Shown piece by piece: positions 34,370-48,256 of a DNA stretch of 64,000 nt (positions are counted from its first letter, which is position 1; every line of letters starts with the position of its first letter). The stretch spans positions 372,001 through 436,000 of the forward strand of contig JASTWF010000322.1 in the NCBI GenBank assembly GCA_030390025.1, given 5' to 3'. This stretch comes from Squalus acanthias. Its lineage: Eukaryota. The translations under genes and the position numbers were made by a program. Below the pieces are notes generated by a model. It was not told the DNA's origin and made no database searches. It worked only from the letters and a program-made list of their open reading frames with translations.

Positions 34370-35485
34370 TTGAGTCTCTCCGCCCCTGCCTCAGCTCATC
34401 CGCTGTAGAAACCCTCATCCCTCCCTTTGTCACCTGCAGACTTGACCATTCCAACACACTCCTGGCCGACCTCCCACATTCCACCACCAGCCCTACAATT
34501 CTCATCCTCCTGTTCAAATCCCTCCATGGCCCTCACCCCCTCCCTATCTCTGTAACCTCCTCCAGCCCTACAATTCTCATCCTCCTGTTCAAATCCCTCC
34601 ATGGCCCCTCGCCCCCTCCCTATCTCTGTAACCTCCTCCAGCCCTACAATTCTCATCCTCCTGTTCAAATCCCTCCATGGCCCCTCGCCCCCTACCTATC
34701 TCTGTAACCTCCTCCAGCCTCTACAATTCTCATCCTCCTGTTCAAATCCCTCCATGGCCCCTCGCCCCCTCCCTATCTCTGTAACCTCCTCCAGCCCCGA
34801 CAATTCTCATCCTCCTGTTCAAATCCCTCCATGGCCCTCGACCCCTCCCTATCTCTGTAACCTCCTCCAGCCCTACAATTCTCATCCTCCTGTTCAAATC
34901 CCTCCATGGCCCCTCGCCTCCTCCCTATCTCTGTAACCTCCTCCAGCCCTACAATTCTCATCCTCCTGTTCAAATCCCTCCATGGTCCTCGCCCACTCCC
35001 TATCTCTGTAACCTCCTCCAGCCCTACAATTCTCATCCTCCTGTTCAAATCCCTCCATGGTCCTCGCCCCCTCCCTATCTCTGTAACCTCCTCCAGCCCT
35101 ACAATTCTCGTCCTCCTGTTCAAATCCCTCCATGGCCCCTCGCCCCCTCCCTATCTCTGTAACCTCCTCCAGCCCCTACATCCCTCCGAGATCTCTGCGC
35201 TCCTCCAATTCTGGCCTCTTGAGCATCCCCCGATTTCCATCGCTCCACCATTGGCGGCCGTGCCTTCAGCTGCCTGGGGCCCTGAGCTCTGGAATTCCCT
35301 CCCTAAACCTCTCCGCCTCTCTCTCCTCCTTTAAGACGCTCCTTAAAACCGACCTCTTTGACCCAGCTTTTGGTCGCCTGTCCTAATATCTCCTCATGTG
35401 GCTCGGGGTCAGATTGTGTTTGATAATCGCTCCTGTGAAGCACCCTGGGACGTTTTACTACGTTAAAGGCGCCGGATAATTACAA
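34370..35485 (+). mobile_element. L2 LINE 3' end with 75-77 bp array (about 34487-35178), in intron 1
   Basis: Reverse-complement orientation of the same unit; LWNSLP; L2 tail. Confidence 0.87.
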
Positions 35486-35529
35486 GTCACTGTGGATGTT
35501 TAGTTTACAACAACAGACACTAAAAAGGA

Positions 35530-36600
35530 TAGAACAGGGTACTTTCTAAATGTTGATAAGCTAAAAACAGTGGCGGTCCAAAGAGACTTGGAGGTCCAGG
35601 TACATAGATCATTAAAATGTCATGAACAGGTACCGAAAATAATCAAAAAGGCTAATGGAATGCTGGCCTTTATATCTGGAGGACTAGAATACAAGGGGGT
35701 AGAAGTTCTGCTGCAGCTGTACAAAGCCCTGGTTAGACCACACCTGGAGCACTGGGAGCAGTTCTGGGCACCACACCTTAGGAAGGATATATTGGCCTTG
35801 GAGGGAGTGCAGCGAAGGTTTACCAGAATGATACCAGGGCTCCAAGGGTTAAGTTACGAGGAGCGATTACACAAACTAGGGTCGTGTTCCCTGGAATTTA
35901 GAAGGTTAAGGGTTGATCTGATCGAAGTTTTCAGGATATTAAGGGGGAACTGATAGGGTAGAGAGAGAGAGAAACTATTTCCGCTGGTTGGGGATTCTAG
36001 GACTAGGGGGCATAGTCTAAAAATTAGAGCCAGACCTTTCAGGAGTGAAGTTAGGAAACACTTCTACACACAAAGGGTGGTAGGAGTTTGGAACTCTCTC
36101 CCGCCAACGGCAATTGATGCTCGATCAATTGTTAATTTTAAATCGGAGATTGATAGATTTTTGTTAACCAAAGGTATTAAGGGATATGGGGCTAAAGGCG
36201 GGTATATGGAGTTCGGTCACAGATCAGCCCATGATCTCATTGAATGGCGGAACAGACTCGAGGGGCTGAATGGGCCTCCTCCTGTTCCTGTGTAACAGGC
36301 TCGAGGGGCTGAATGGGCCTCCACCTGTTCCTGTGTAACAGGCTCGAGGGGGCTGAATGGGCCTCCTCCTGTTCCTGTGTAACAGGATCGAGGGGCTGAA
36401 TGGGCCTCCTCCTGTTCCTGTGTAACAGGCTCGAGGGGGCTGAATGGGCCTCCTCCTGTTCCTGTGTAACAGGCTCGAGGGGGCTGAATGGGCCTCCTCC
36501 TGTTCCTGTGTAACAGGCTCGAGGGGGCTGAATGGGCCTCCTCCTGTTCCTGTGTAACAGGATCGAGGGGCTGAATGGGCCTCCTCCTGTTCCTATGTTC
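35530..36600 (+). mobile_element. CR1-type LINE with 43-44 bp tail array (36250-36600)
   Basis: KKANGMLAFI...LVRPHLE...WNSLP; about 8 tail units. Confidence 0.9.
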
Positions 36601-36617
36601 TGCTCATCCAGTCCTAG

Positions 36618-37495
36618 ATTGATCATAACGGTACCAGGGATGAGGGACTTCAGTGATGTGGAGAGACTGGAGAAGCTGGGATTGTTCTCCTTAGAGCAGA
36701 GAAGGTTAAGGGGAGATTGACCAGAATGGTACCAGGGATGAGGGACTTCAGTGATGTGGAGAGACTGGAGAAGCTGGGGTTGTTCTCCTTAGAGCAGAGA
36801 AGGTTAAGGAGAGATTGACCATAATGGTACCAGGGATGAGGGACTTCAGTGATGTGGAGAGACTGGAGAAGCTGGGGTTGTTCTCCTCAGAGCAGAGAAG
36901 GTTAAGGGGGAGATTGACCAGAATCGGACCAGGGATGAGGGCCTTCAGTGATGTGGAGAGACTGGAGAAGCTGGGGTTGTTCTCCTTAGAGCAGAGAAGG
37001 TTAAGGGGAGATTGCCCAGAATGGTACCAGGGATGAGGGACTTCAGTGATGTGGAGAGACTGGAGAAGCTGGGGTTGTTCTCCTTAGAGCAGAGAAGGTT
37101 AAGGGGAGATTGAATGGAGGTGTTCAAAATCACGAAGGGTTTTGATGGAGTAAATAAGGAGAAAGTGTTTCCAGTGGCAGGAGGGTGGGTAACCAGAGGA
37201 CACAGATTGAAGATAATCAGCAAAAGAACCAGAGGGGGAGATGGGGAAACATTTCTTGACGCAGCGAGTTGTTGTGATCTGGAACGCGCTGCCTGAAAGG
37301 GCGGTGGAAGCAGATTCAATAGTAACTTTCAAAAGGGGAATTGGAGAAATACTTGGAAGGGGAAAAATTTGCAGGGCTGTGGGGAAAGAGCGAGGGGGGG
37401 GGAGAGTGGGACTAATTGGAGAGCTCGACCAAAGAGCCGGCACAGGATCGATGGGCCGAATGGCCCCCTCCTGTGCTGTGCGATGCTCTGATTCT
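36618..37495 (+). mobile_element. CR1-type LINE with internal 98-bp array (about 5 copies, 36618-37112)
   Basis: Unit encodes VPGMRDFSDVERLEKLGLFSLEQRRLRGD, then continues into the CR1 3' end. Confidence 0.88.
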
Positions 37496-37814
37496 CACCA
37501 CTCTCTGGGTAAAGAAGTTTCTCCTGAATCCCAGTGGGATTTATTAGTGACTATCTCAGATTGATGGCCCCTAGCCGCCCCGACCGAGTGGAAAGCAGAA
37601 CATTCCGACTGCTGCACAGGACGCATTAGTGTGCGACACTCGACAGCAAACCACAAAGGTTAGATTGTGAGGAGGGATTGCAGAAACTAGTCCCCTAATC
37701 CTGGGAATATAGAAGGTTAAGGGGTAATTTGACTGAGGCTTTTAGGATTCTGAGAGGAATCGATAGAGTAGGTGGAGAGAAACTTTTCTCGCTGGTGGGG
37801 GAGGCTAGGACATA

Positions 37815-38405
37815 AGATCATAAGAACTAGGAGCAGGAGGAGGCCCATTGGGCCCCTCGAGCCTGGTCTGCCATTCAATAAGATCATGGCTGATCTTCGA
37901 CCTCAACTCCACTTTCCCGCCCGATCCCTATATCCCTCGATTCCCCGAGAGTCCAAACATCTATCGATCTCAGCCTTGAATATACTCAACGACTGAGCCT
38001 CCACAGCCCTCTGGGGCAGAGAATTCCAAAGATTCACCGCCCTCTGAGTGAAGAAATTCCTCCTCATCTCAGTCCTAAATGGCCGACCCCTTATCCTGAG
38101 ACTGTGACCCCTGGTTCTAGACTCTCCAGCCAGGGGGAAACAGCCTCTCAGCATCTACCCTGTCAATCCCCCTCAGAATCTTATACATTTCAATGAGATC
38201 CCCTCTCATTCTTCTAAACTCCAGAGAGTATCGGTCCAATCTACTCAATCTCTCCTCATAGGACAATCCTCTCATCCCAGGAATCAATCTAGTGAACCTT
38301 TGTTTCACCGCCTCCAAGGCAACTATGTCCTTCCTCAGATAAGGAGACTAAAACTGTGCACAGTACTCCAGGTGTGGTCTCACCAAGGCCCTATGTAATT
38401 GCAAT
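37815..38405 (-). mobile_element. CR1-type LINE 3' fragment
   Basis: EAVKQRFTRLIPGMRGLSYEERL...GYRDRAGKWS. Confidence 0.9.
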
Positions 38406-38459
38406 AAGACATAACCTTTAAGTCTGAGCCAGGAGATTCAGGGGCAAAGTTACGAAACA

Positions 38460-40095
38460 CTGAGGGCGCGCTGCACTGTCGGAGGTAGATGTATATACTC
38501 TAGGACTCGAGCCCCATAATCCAGGCCCACACTCCCCGGTGCCAGTACTGAGGGAGCGCTGCACTGTCGGAGGTAGATGTATATACTCCAGGACTCGAGC
38601 CCCATAATCCAGGCCCACACTCCCCGGTGCCAGTACTGAGGGAGCGCTGCACTGTCGGAGGTAGATGTAAATACTCTAAGACTTGAGCTCCATAATCCAG
38701 GCCCACACTCCACGGTGCCAGTACTGAGGGAGTGCTGCACTGTCGGAGGTAGATGTATATACTCTAAGACTTGAGCTCCATAATCCAGGTCCACACTCCC
38801 CGGTGCCAGCACTGAGGGAGCACTGCACTGTCGGAGGTAGATGTATATACTGTAGGACTTCAGCCCCATAATCCAGGCCCACACTCCCCGGTGCCAGTAC
38901 TGAGGGAGCGCTGCACTGTCGGAGGTAGATGTATATACTCTAGGACTCGAGCCCCATAATCCAGGCCCACACTTCCCGGTGCCAGTACTGAGGGAGCGCT
39001 GCACTGTCGGAGGTAGATGTATATACTCCAGGACTCGAGTCCCATAATCCAGGCCCACACTCCCCCGGTGCCAGTACTCAGGGAGCGCTGTTCTGTCGGA
39101 GGTAGATGTATATACTCTAGGACTTGAGCCCCAGAATCCAGGCCCACACTCCCCGGTGCCAGTACTGAAGGAGCGCTGCACTGTCGGAGGTAGATGAATA
39201 TACTCTAGGACTCGAGATCCATAATCCAGGCCCACACTCCCCGGTGCCAGTACTGAGGGAGCGCTGCACTGTCGGAGGTAGATGTATATACTCTAGGACT
39301 CGAGCCCCATAATCCGGGCCCACACTCCCCGGTGCCAGTACTGAGGGAGCGCTGCACTGTCGGAGGTAGATGTATACACTCTAGGACTCGAGCCCCATAA
39401 TCCAGGCCCACACTCCCCGGTGCCAGTACTGAGGGAGCGCTGCACTGTCGGAGGTAGATGTATATACTCTAGGACTCGAGCCCCATAATCCAGGCCCACA
39501 CTCCCCGGTGCCAGTACTGAGGGAGTGCTGCACTGTCGGAGGTAGATGTATATACTCTAGGACTCGAGCCCATAATCCGGGCCCACACTCCCCGGTGCCA
39601 GTACTGAGGGAACGCTGCACTGTCGGAGGATGATTTATATACTCTAGGACTCGAGCCCCATAATCCAGGCCCACACTCCCCGGTGCCAGTACTGAGGGAG
39701 CGCTGCACTGTCGGAGGTAGATGTATATACTCTAGGACTCGAGCCCCATAATCCAGGCCCACACTCCCCGGTGCCAGTACTGAGGGAGTGCTGCACTGTC
39801 AGAGGTACCGTCTATCGGGACGAGACGTTAAACCGAGGGCCCCGTCTGCCCTCTCGGGTGGGCGTAGAAGATCCCAGGGCCGCTATTTTGTCGAAGAGTT
39901 CTCCCTGGTGTCCCGTGGACCAAACATTTATCCGACAACCAACAACATCGCTTGAAAAAAACAGACGAACTGGCCGTTTGTCACCTTGCTGTTTGTGGGA
40001 TCTTGCTGTGCGCAAAATAGCGGCCGCGTTTCCCGCACGACGACAGTGACCGCACTTCAAAGAACGCGCTTCATTGGCCGAGGTGGTGAGAGGCA
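38460..40095 (+). mobile_element. Deu-domain SINE body with long 88-bp array (about 15 units, 38460-39800)
   Basis: Unit GTAGATGTATATACTCTAGGACTCGAGCCCCATAATCCAGGCCCACACTCCCCGGTGCCAGTACTGAGGGAGCGCTGCACTGTCGGAG, followed by a diverged Deu core. Confidence 0.88.
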
Positions 40096-40345
40096 CTGGG
40101 GAAATAGAATTGCTTTACTTATTATGGATTTCAAAGCAATTGTTTATTTAGTAAACTGGGCAGGGCGAGGAACAGCAGGTAATTCAAGCCAAGCCACTGA
40201 ATTATTCCAGCAATGCCCGTCAATATGTTCCTGTCTCTCTTTCTGTACTGGAGATAACAGCAGACCCGATATGCAAACACCGTCACCTGCTCAGAGACAT
40301 GACGGGCGTTAGGAAGCATAGTCTTAAAGGGACACTGTCCAGCCT

Positions 40346-43300
40346 GTGAATGGGGAGAGGTGGGTGAGAGGGTTAATCCCCTCCGATAGGGAACAGGCTG
40401 CCCTGGTGTCTGAGTGTAAATGGGGAGAGGTGGGTGAGAGGATTAATCCCCTCCGATAGGGAACAGGCTGCCCCGGTGTCTGAGTGTAAATGGGGAGAGG
40501 TGGGTGAGATGGTTAATCCCCTCCGATAGGGAACAGGCTGCCCTGGTGTCTGAGTGTAAATGGAGAGAGGTGGGTGAGAGTGTTAATCCCCCTCCGATAG
40601 GGAACAGGCTGCCCCGGTGTCTGAGTGTAAATGGGGAGAGGTGGGTGAGATGGTTAATCCCCTCCGATAGGGAACAGGCTGCCCCGGTGTCTGAGTGTAA
40701 ATGGGGAGAGGTGGGTGAGAGGGTTAATCCCCTCCGATAGGGAACAGGCTGCCCCGGTGTCTGAGTGTAAATGGGGAGAGGTGGGTGAGAGGGTTAATCC
40801 ACTCCGATAGGGAACAGGCTGCCCTGGTGTCTGAGTGTAAATGGGGAGAGGTGTGTGAGAGGGTTAATCCCCTCCGATAGGGAACAGGCTGCCCCGGTGT
40901 CTGAGTGTAAATGGGGAGAGGTGGGTGAGAGAGTTAATCCCCTCCGATAGGGAACAGGCTGCCCCGGTGTCTGAGTGTAAATGGGGAGAGGTGGATGAGG
41001 GGGTCAATCCCACTCCGATAGGGAACAGGCTGCCCCGGTGTCTGAGTGTAAATGGGGAGAGGTGGGTGAGAGGGTTAATCGCCTCCCATAGGGAACAGGC
41101 TGCCCCGGTGTCTGAGTGTAAATGGGGAGAGGTGGGTGAGAGGGTTAATCCCCCTCCGATAGGGAACAGGCTGCCCCGGTGTCTGAGTGTAAATGGGGAG
41201 AGGTGGGTGAGAGGGTTAATCCCCTCCGATAGGAACAGGCTGCCCTGGTGTCTGAGTGTAAATGGGGAGAGGTGGGTGAGAGGGTTAATCCCCTCCGATA
41301 GGAACAGGCTGCCCTGGTGTCTGAGTGTAAATGGGGAGAGGTGGGTGAGAGGGTTAATCCCCCACCGATAGGCAACAGGCTGCCCCGGTGTCTGAGTGCA
41401 AATGGGGAGAGGTGGGTGAGAGGGTTAAACCCCCTCCGATAGGGAACAGGCTGCCCCGGTGTCTGAGTGTAAATGGGGAGAGGTGGGTGAGAGGGTTAAT
41501 CTCCCTCCCATAAGGAACAGGCTGCCCCGGTGTCTGAGTGTAATTGGGGAGAGGTGGGTGAGAGGGTTAATCCTCTCCGATAGGGAACAGGCTGCCCCAG
41601 TGTCTGAGTGTAAATGGAGAGAGGTGGGTGAGAGTGTTAATCCTCTCCGATAGGGAACAGGCTGCCCGGTGTCTGAGTGTAAATGGGGAGAGGTGGGTGA
41701 GAGGGTTAATCCCCTCCGATAGGGAACAGGCTGCCCCGGTGTCTGAGTGTAAATGGGGAGAGGTGGGTGAGAGGGTTAATCCCCTCCGATAGGGAACAGT
41801 CTGCCCCGGTGTCTGAGTGTAAATGGGGAGAGGTGGGTGAGAGGGTTAATCCCCTCCGATAGGGAACAGGCTGCCCCGGTGTCTGAGTGTAAATGGGGAG
41901 AGGTGGGTGAGAGGGTTAATCCCCCTCCGATAGGGAACAGGCTGCCCTGGTGTCTGAGTGTAAATGGGGAGAGGTGGGTGAGATTGTTAATCCTCTCCGA
42001 TAGGGAACAGGCTGCCCGGTGTCTGAGTGTAAATGGGGAGAGGTGGGTGAGAGGGTAAATCCCCCTCCGATAGGGAACAGGCTGCCCCGGTGTCTGAGTG
42101 TAAATGGGGAGAGGTGGGTGAGATGGTTAATCCCCTCCGATAGGGAACAGGCTGCCCCGGTGTCTGAGTATAAATGGGGAGAGGTGGGTGAGAGGGTTAA
42201 TCCCCCTCCGATAGGGAACAGGCTGCCCCGGTGTCTGAGTGTAAATGGGGAGAGGTGGGTGAGATGGTTAATCCCCTCCGATAGGGAACAGGCTGCCCCG
42301 GTGTCTGAGTGTAAATGGGGAGAGGTGGGTGAGAGGGTTAATCCCCTCCGATAGGGAACAGGCTGCCCCGGTGTCTGAGTGTAAATGGGGAGAGGTGGGT
42401 GAGAGGGTTAATCCACTCCGATAGAGAACAGGCTGCCCTGGTGTCTGAGTGTAAATGGGGAGAGGTGTGTGAGAGGGTTAATCCCCTCCGATAGGGAACA
42501 GGCTGCCCCGGTGTCTGAGTGTAAATGGGGAGAGGTGGGTGAGAGGGTTAATCCCCTCCGATAGGAACAGGCTGCCCTGGTGTCTGAGTGTAAATGGGGA
42601 GAGGTGGGTGAGAGGGTTAATCCCCCTCCGATAGGGAACAGGCTGCCCCGGTGTCTGAGTGTAAATGGGGAGAGGTGGGTGAGAGGGTTAATCCCCTCCG
42701 ATAGGGAACAGGCTGCTCCGGTGTCTGAGTGCAAATGGGGAGAGGTTGGTGTGAGGGTTAATCCCCCTCCAATAGGGAACAGGCTGCCCCGGTGTCTGAG
42801 TGTAAATGGGGAGAGGTGGGTGAGAGGGTTAATCCCCCACCGATAGGGAACAGGCTGCCCCGGTGTCTGAGTGCAAATGGGGAGAGGTGGGTGAGAGGGT
42901 TAAACCCCCTCCGATAGGGAACAGGCTGCCCCGGTGTCTGAGTGTAAATGGGGAGAGGTGGGTGAGAGGGTTAATCTCCCTCCGATAGGGAACAGGCTGC
43001 CCCGGTGTCTGAGTGTAAATGGGGAGAGGTGGGTGAGAGGGTTAATCCCCTCCGATAGGGAACAGGCTGCCCCGGTGTCTGAGTGTAATTGGGGAGAGGT
43101 GGGTGAGGGGGTTAATCCCCTCCGATAGGGAACAGGCTGCCCCGGTGTCTGAGTGTAAATGGGGAGAGGTGGGTGAGAGGGTTAATCCCCTCCGATAGGG
43201 AACAGGCTGCCCTGGTGTCTGAGTGCAAATGGGGAGAGGTGGGTGAGAGGGTTAATCCCCCTCCGATAGGGAACAGGCTGCCCCGGTGTCTGAGTGTAAA

Positions 43301-46300
43301 TGGGGAGAGGTGGGTGAGAGGGTTAATCCCCTCCGATAGGGAATAGGCTGCCCCGGTGTCTGAGTGTAAATGGGGAGAGGTGGGTGAGAGGGTTAATCCC
43401 CTCCAATAGGGAACAGGCTGGCCCGGTGTCTGAGTGTAAATGGGGAGAGGTGGGTGAGAGGGTTAATCCCCCTCCGATAGGGAACAGGCTGCCCCGGTGT
43501 CTGAGTGTAAATGTGGAGAGGTGGGTGAGAGGGTTAATCCCCTCCGATAGGGAACATGCTGCCCCGGTGTCTGAGTGTAAATGGGGAGAGGTGGGTGAGA
43601 GGGTTAATCCCCTCCGATAGGGAACAGGCTGCCCCGGTGTCCGAGTGTAAATGGGGAGAGGTGGGTGAGAGGGTTAATCCCCTCCGATAGGGAACAGGCT
43701 GCCCCGGTGTCTGAGTGTAAATGGGGAGAGGTGGGTGAGGGGGTCAATCCCCCTCCAATAGGGAACAGGCTGCCCCGGTGTCTGAGTGTAAATGGGGAGA
43801 GGTGGGTGAGAGGGTTAATCCCCTCCGATAGGGAACAGGCTGCCCCGGTGTCTGAGTGTAAATGGGGAGAGGTGGGTGAGAGGGTTAATCCCCCTCCGAT
43901 AGGGAACAGGCTGCCCCGGTGTCTGAGTGTAAATGGGGAGTGGTGGGTGAGGGGGTTAATCCCCTCTGATAGGGAACAGGCTGCCCCGGTGTCTGAGTGT
44001 AAATGGGGAGAGGTGGGTGAGAGGGTTAATCCCCTCCGATAGGGAACAGGCTGCCCCGGTGTCTGAGTGTAAATGGGGAGAGGTGGGTGAGGGGGTTAAT
44101 CCCCTCCGATAGGGAACAGGCTGCCCCGGTGTCTGAGTGTAAATGGGGAGAGGTGGGTGAGAGGGTTAATCTCCCTCTGATAGGGAACAGGCTGCCCCGG
44201 TGTCTGAGTGTAAATGGGGAGAGGTGGGTGAGAGGGTTAATCCCCTCCGATAGGGAACAGGCTGCCCCGGTGTCTGAGTGTAAATGGGGAGAGGTGGGTG
44301 AGGGGGTCAATCCCCCTCCGATAGGGAACAGGCTGCCCCGGTGTCTGAGTGTAAATGGGGAGAGGTGGGTGAGAGGGTTAATCCCCTCCGATAGGGAACA
44401 GGCTGCCCCGGTGTCTGAGTGTAAATGGGGAGAGGTGGGTGAGAGGGTTAATCCTCTCCGACAGGGAACAGACTGCCCCGGTGTCTGAGTGTAAATGGGG
44501 AGAGGTGGGTGAGAGGGTTAATCCCCCTCCGATAGGGAACAGGCTGCCCCGGTGTCTGAGTGTAAATGGGGAGAGGTGGGTGAGAGGGTTAATCCCCTCC
44601 GATAGGGAACAGGCTGCCCCGGTGTCTGAGTGTAAATGGGGAGAGGTGGGTGAGAGGGTTAATCCCCCTCCGATAGGGAACAGGCTGCCCCGGTGTCTGA
44701 GTGTAAATGGGGAGTAGGTGGGTGAGAGGGTTAATCCCCCTCCGATAGGGAACAGGCTGCCCCGGTGTCTGAGTGTAAATGGGGAGAGGTGGGTGACAGG
44801 GTTAATCCTCTCCGACAGGAAACAGACTGCCCCGGTGTCTGAGTGTAAATGGGGAGAGGTAGGTGAGAGGGTTAATCCCCTCCGCTAGGGAACAGGCTGC
44901 CCCGGTGTCTGAGTGTAAATGGGGAGAAGTGGGTGAGAGGGTTAATCCCCCTCCGATAGGGAACAGGCTGCCCCGGTGTCTGAGTGTAAATGGGGAGAGG
45001 TGGGTGAGATGGTTAATCCCCTCCGATCGGGAACATGCTGCCCCAGTGTCTGAGTGTAAATGGGGAGAGTGGGTGAGAGGGTTAATCCCCCTCCGATAGG
45101 GAACAGGCTGCCCCGGTGTCTGAATGTAAATGGGGAGAGGTGGGTGAGAGGGTTAATCCCCCTCCGATAGGGAACAGGCTGCCCCGGTGTCTGAGTGTAA
45201 ATGGGGAGAGGTGGGTGAGAGGGCTAATCCCCTCCGATAGGGAACAGGCTGCCCCGGTGTCTGAGTGTAAATGGGGAGAGGTGGGTGAGAGGGTTAATCC
45301 CCCTCCGATAGGGAACAGGCTGCCCCGGTGTCTGAGTGTAAATGGGGAGAGGTGGGTGAGAGGGTTAATCCCCCTCCGATAGGGAACAGGCTGCCCCGGT
45401 GTCTGAATGTAAATGGGGAGAGGTGGGTGAGAGGGTTAATCCCCCTGCGGTAGGGAACAGGCTGCCCCGGTGTCTGAATGTAAATGGGGAGAGGTGGGTG
45501 AGAGGGTTAATCCCCTCCGATGGGGAACAGGCTGCCCCGGTGTCTGAGTGTAAATGGGGAGAGGTGGGTGAGAGGGTTAATCCCCTCCGATAGGGAACAG
45601 GCTGTCCCGGTGTCTGAGGGTAAATGGGGAGAGGTGGGTGAGAGCGTTAATCCCCTCCGATAGGGAACATGCTGCCCCGGTGTCTGAGTGTAAATGGGGA
45701 GAGGTGGGTGAGAGGGTTAATCCCCTCTGATAGGGAACAGGCTGCCCCGGTGTCTGAGTGTAAATGGGGAGAGGTGGGTGAGAGCGTTAATCCCCTCCGA
45801 TAGGGAACAGGCTATCCCGGTGTCTGAGTGTAAATGGGGAGAGGTGGATGAGAGGGTTAATCCCCCTGCGGTAGGGAACAGGCTGCCCCGGTGTCTGAAT
45901 GTAAATGGGGAGAGGTGGGTGAGAGGGTTAATCCCCTCCGATGGGGAACAGGCTGCCCCGGTGTCTGAGTGTAAATGGGGAGAGGTGGGTGAGAGGGTTA
46001 ATCCCCTCCGATAGGGAACAGGCTGTCCCGGTGTCTGAGGGTAAATGGGGAGAGGTGGGTGAGAGCGTTAATCCCCTCCGATAGGGAACATGCTGCCCCG
46101 GTGTCTGAGTGTAAATGGGGAGAGGTGGGTGAGAGGGTTAATCCCCTCTGATAGGGAACAGGCTGCCCCGGTGTCTGAGTGTAAATGGGGAGAGGTGGGT
46201 GAGAGGGTTAATCCCCTCCGATAGGGAACATGCTGCCCCGGTGTCTGAGTGTAAATGGGGAGAGGTGGGTGAGAGGGTTAATCCCCCTCCGATAGGGAAC

Positions 46301-46640
46301 AGGCTGCCCCGGTGTCTGAGTGTAAATGGGGAGAGGTGGGTGAGAGGGTTAATCCCCTCCGATAGGGAACATGCTGTCCCGGTGTCTGAGTGTAAATGGG
46401 GAGAGGTGGGTGAGAGGGTTAATCCCCTCTGATAGGGAACAGGCTGCCCCGGTGTCTGAGTGTAAATGGGGAGAGGTGGGTGAGAGCGTTAATCCCCTCC
46501 GATAGGGAACAGGCTATCCCGGTGTCTGAGTGTAAATGGGGAGAGGTGGATGAGAGGGTTAATCCCCCTGCGGTAGGGAACAGGCTGCCCCGGTGTCTGA
46601 GTGTAAATGGGGAGAGGTGGATGAGGGGGTCAATCCCCGA
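40346..46640. repeat. 70-bp satellite/minisatellite (about 90 copies), in intron 1
   Basis: Unit CTCCGATAGGGAACAGGCTGCCCCGGTGTCTGAGTGTAAATGGGGAGAGGTGGGTGAGAGGGTTAATCCC. Confidence 0.97.
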
Positions 46641-46880
46641 TGCTGGCTGTCTGTTTAACCGAGGCTGGCGAGAGACCTGTTGTTAATTCTCGTGAAGTCA
46701 GATTCCCCCAGGCAAATGCAGCCTGTGCTGTGTTACTGGCAGCAGGATAATGTAACTACGGGCGACATGAATCCTGTGTGGAAACCAATTCTCGGGATCC
46801 TGCACCTCTGCTGATTCCTCGAAGTGAAATAATAATTTTGGGAATCAGCGGTGTTGGGATCGGCCAAAAATAAAGGAATA

Positions 46881-46897
46881 CTCTCTCTCTCTCTCTG

Positions 46898-46931
<34 letters not shown>

Positions 46932-47160
46932 TCTGTCTCTCTCTCTTTCTTTCTGTCTCTCTCTCTCTCTTTCTGTCTCTCATACTCTCTCTGTCTCTCT
47001 CTGTCTCTCTCTCTCTGTCTCACTCTTTCTCCTCTCTCTGTCTCTATCTCACTCTTTCTCTCTCCCTCTCTCTCTGTCTCTCTCTCTCTGTCTCTGTCAC
47101 TCTCTCTCTCTCTGTCTCTCTTTCTGTCTCTCCCTCTCTCTCTGTCTCTCTCTCTTTCTG

Positions 47161-47216
<56 letters not shown>

Positions 47217-47300
47217 TCTCTCTGGGTCTCTCTCTGGCTCTCTCTTTCTCCCTCCCTTTCTCTCTGTCTCTCTCTCTCTCTCTATCTTTCTCTCTATCAC
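46881..47300. repeat. (CT)n/(CTGT) microsatellite
   Basis: Direct reading of the sequence. Confidence 0.97.
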
Positions 47301-47574
47301 TCCCCCCTCACACCCACCACCGAAGACGAAGATTGGGAATCCCTGAGTGCGAGACTCTTTCTTTAAAAGGGGACGGGACCGAAGGAATGAGGCCTGAGGC
47401 CTGGGCTCGGGGTTTGAAGCCTGGGAGCTGGAGATTGGGCCTTGGGGCCTGGAGATGGGGATGAAGCCTGGGCCTAGGGTCGAGGGTCTCTCCTACTCTG
47501 TACAGCTCAAAGCTGCATCAGGAGGAAGAGAGAGGAGATCACATCGTGTCACCAGTGTACATTCGACAAACCTG

Positions 47575-47912
47575 ATAGGCAATGTGCGCACATTAAGATC
47601 CCACGAGTATTGACGAGGGAAATGACCCAATTAATCTGTGTTTAGTGATATTGGTTGAGGGATAAATATTGGCCCCAGGACACCGGGGAGAACTCCCCCC
47701 CTGCTTTTCTTGCAATAGTGGCGGCGGAATATTTTACGTCCACCTGAGAGGGCAGACGGGGCCTCGGTTTAACGTGTCATCCGAAAGACGGCACCTCCGA
47801 CAGTGCAGCGCTCCCTCAGTACTGGCACCGGGGAGTGTGGGCCTGGATTATGGGGCTCAAGTCTCTGGGGACGGGGCTCGAACCCACGACACTCTGACTC
47901 GGAGGGGGAGAG
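47575..47912 (-). mobile_element. Deu-domain SINE without the internal array
   Basis: Single pass through the region that is tandemly amplified in other copies; B-box GGTTCGAGCC. Confidence 0.8.
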
Positions 47913-48256
47913 TGAGGCAGGTCATTTGGCACTGTATATAGTGTTCTGTCTCCTTGTTTGTCTCTCTCTCTCTCTCTCCAGCCGTTCCCAAGTGACAGGG
48001 CGAGCCACAGATTGTCGCTAAGCAACCTGCGGCCTGCTAGCCACTGCAATCTTGTGCAGCCTTTGTTCAGGAGACCGGTTGATGGATTGGGGCACTGGAG
48101 CGCGAGGAAGCTGGGAGGATCTAAACGGACACTCCACCTTCCCTCTTTCCCCTCCCTCCCCTCACTCCGTTCATCTTGCTGCAGGGTTGTGATTGGGTGT
48201 CAATCCAATGCCAATCATTGGGATTGAACCATTTATAATCCGTCTGAATAACCCCA

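Noticed and set aside
33821..34408. 195-aa single-exon ORF starting at 33821
   Set aside because: The track start is a non-ATG codon in the UTR. The true start is 33875, and homology stops at the donor at 34331.
33793..34707. 304-aa overlapping ORF
   Set aside because: Alternative frame of a GC-rich exon running into an L2 array; no recognisable homology.
47960..48250. Pyrimidine tract plus CAG as an extra FAM83 exon
   Set aside because: Exons 1 and 2 already join in frame without missing residues; no FAM83 similarity or convincing donor.
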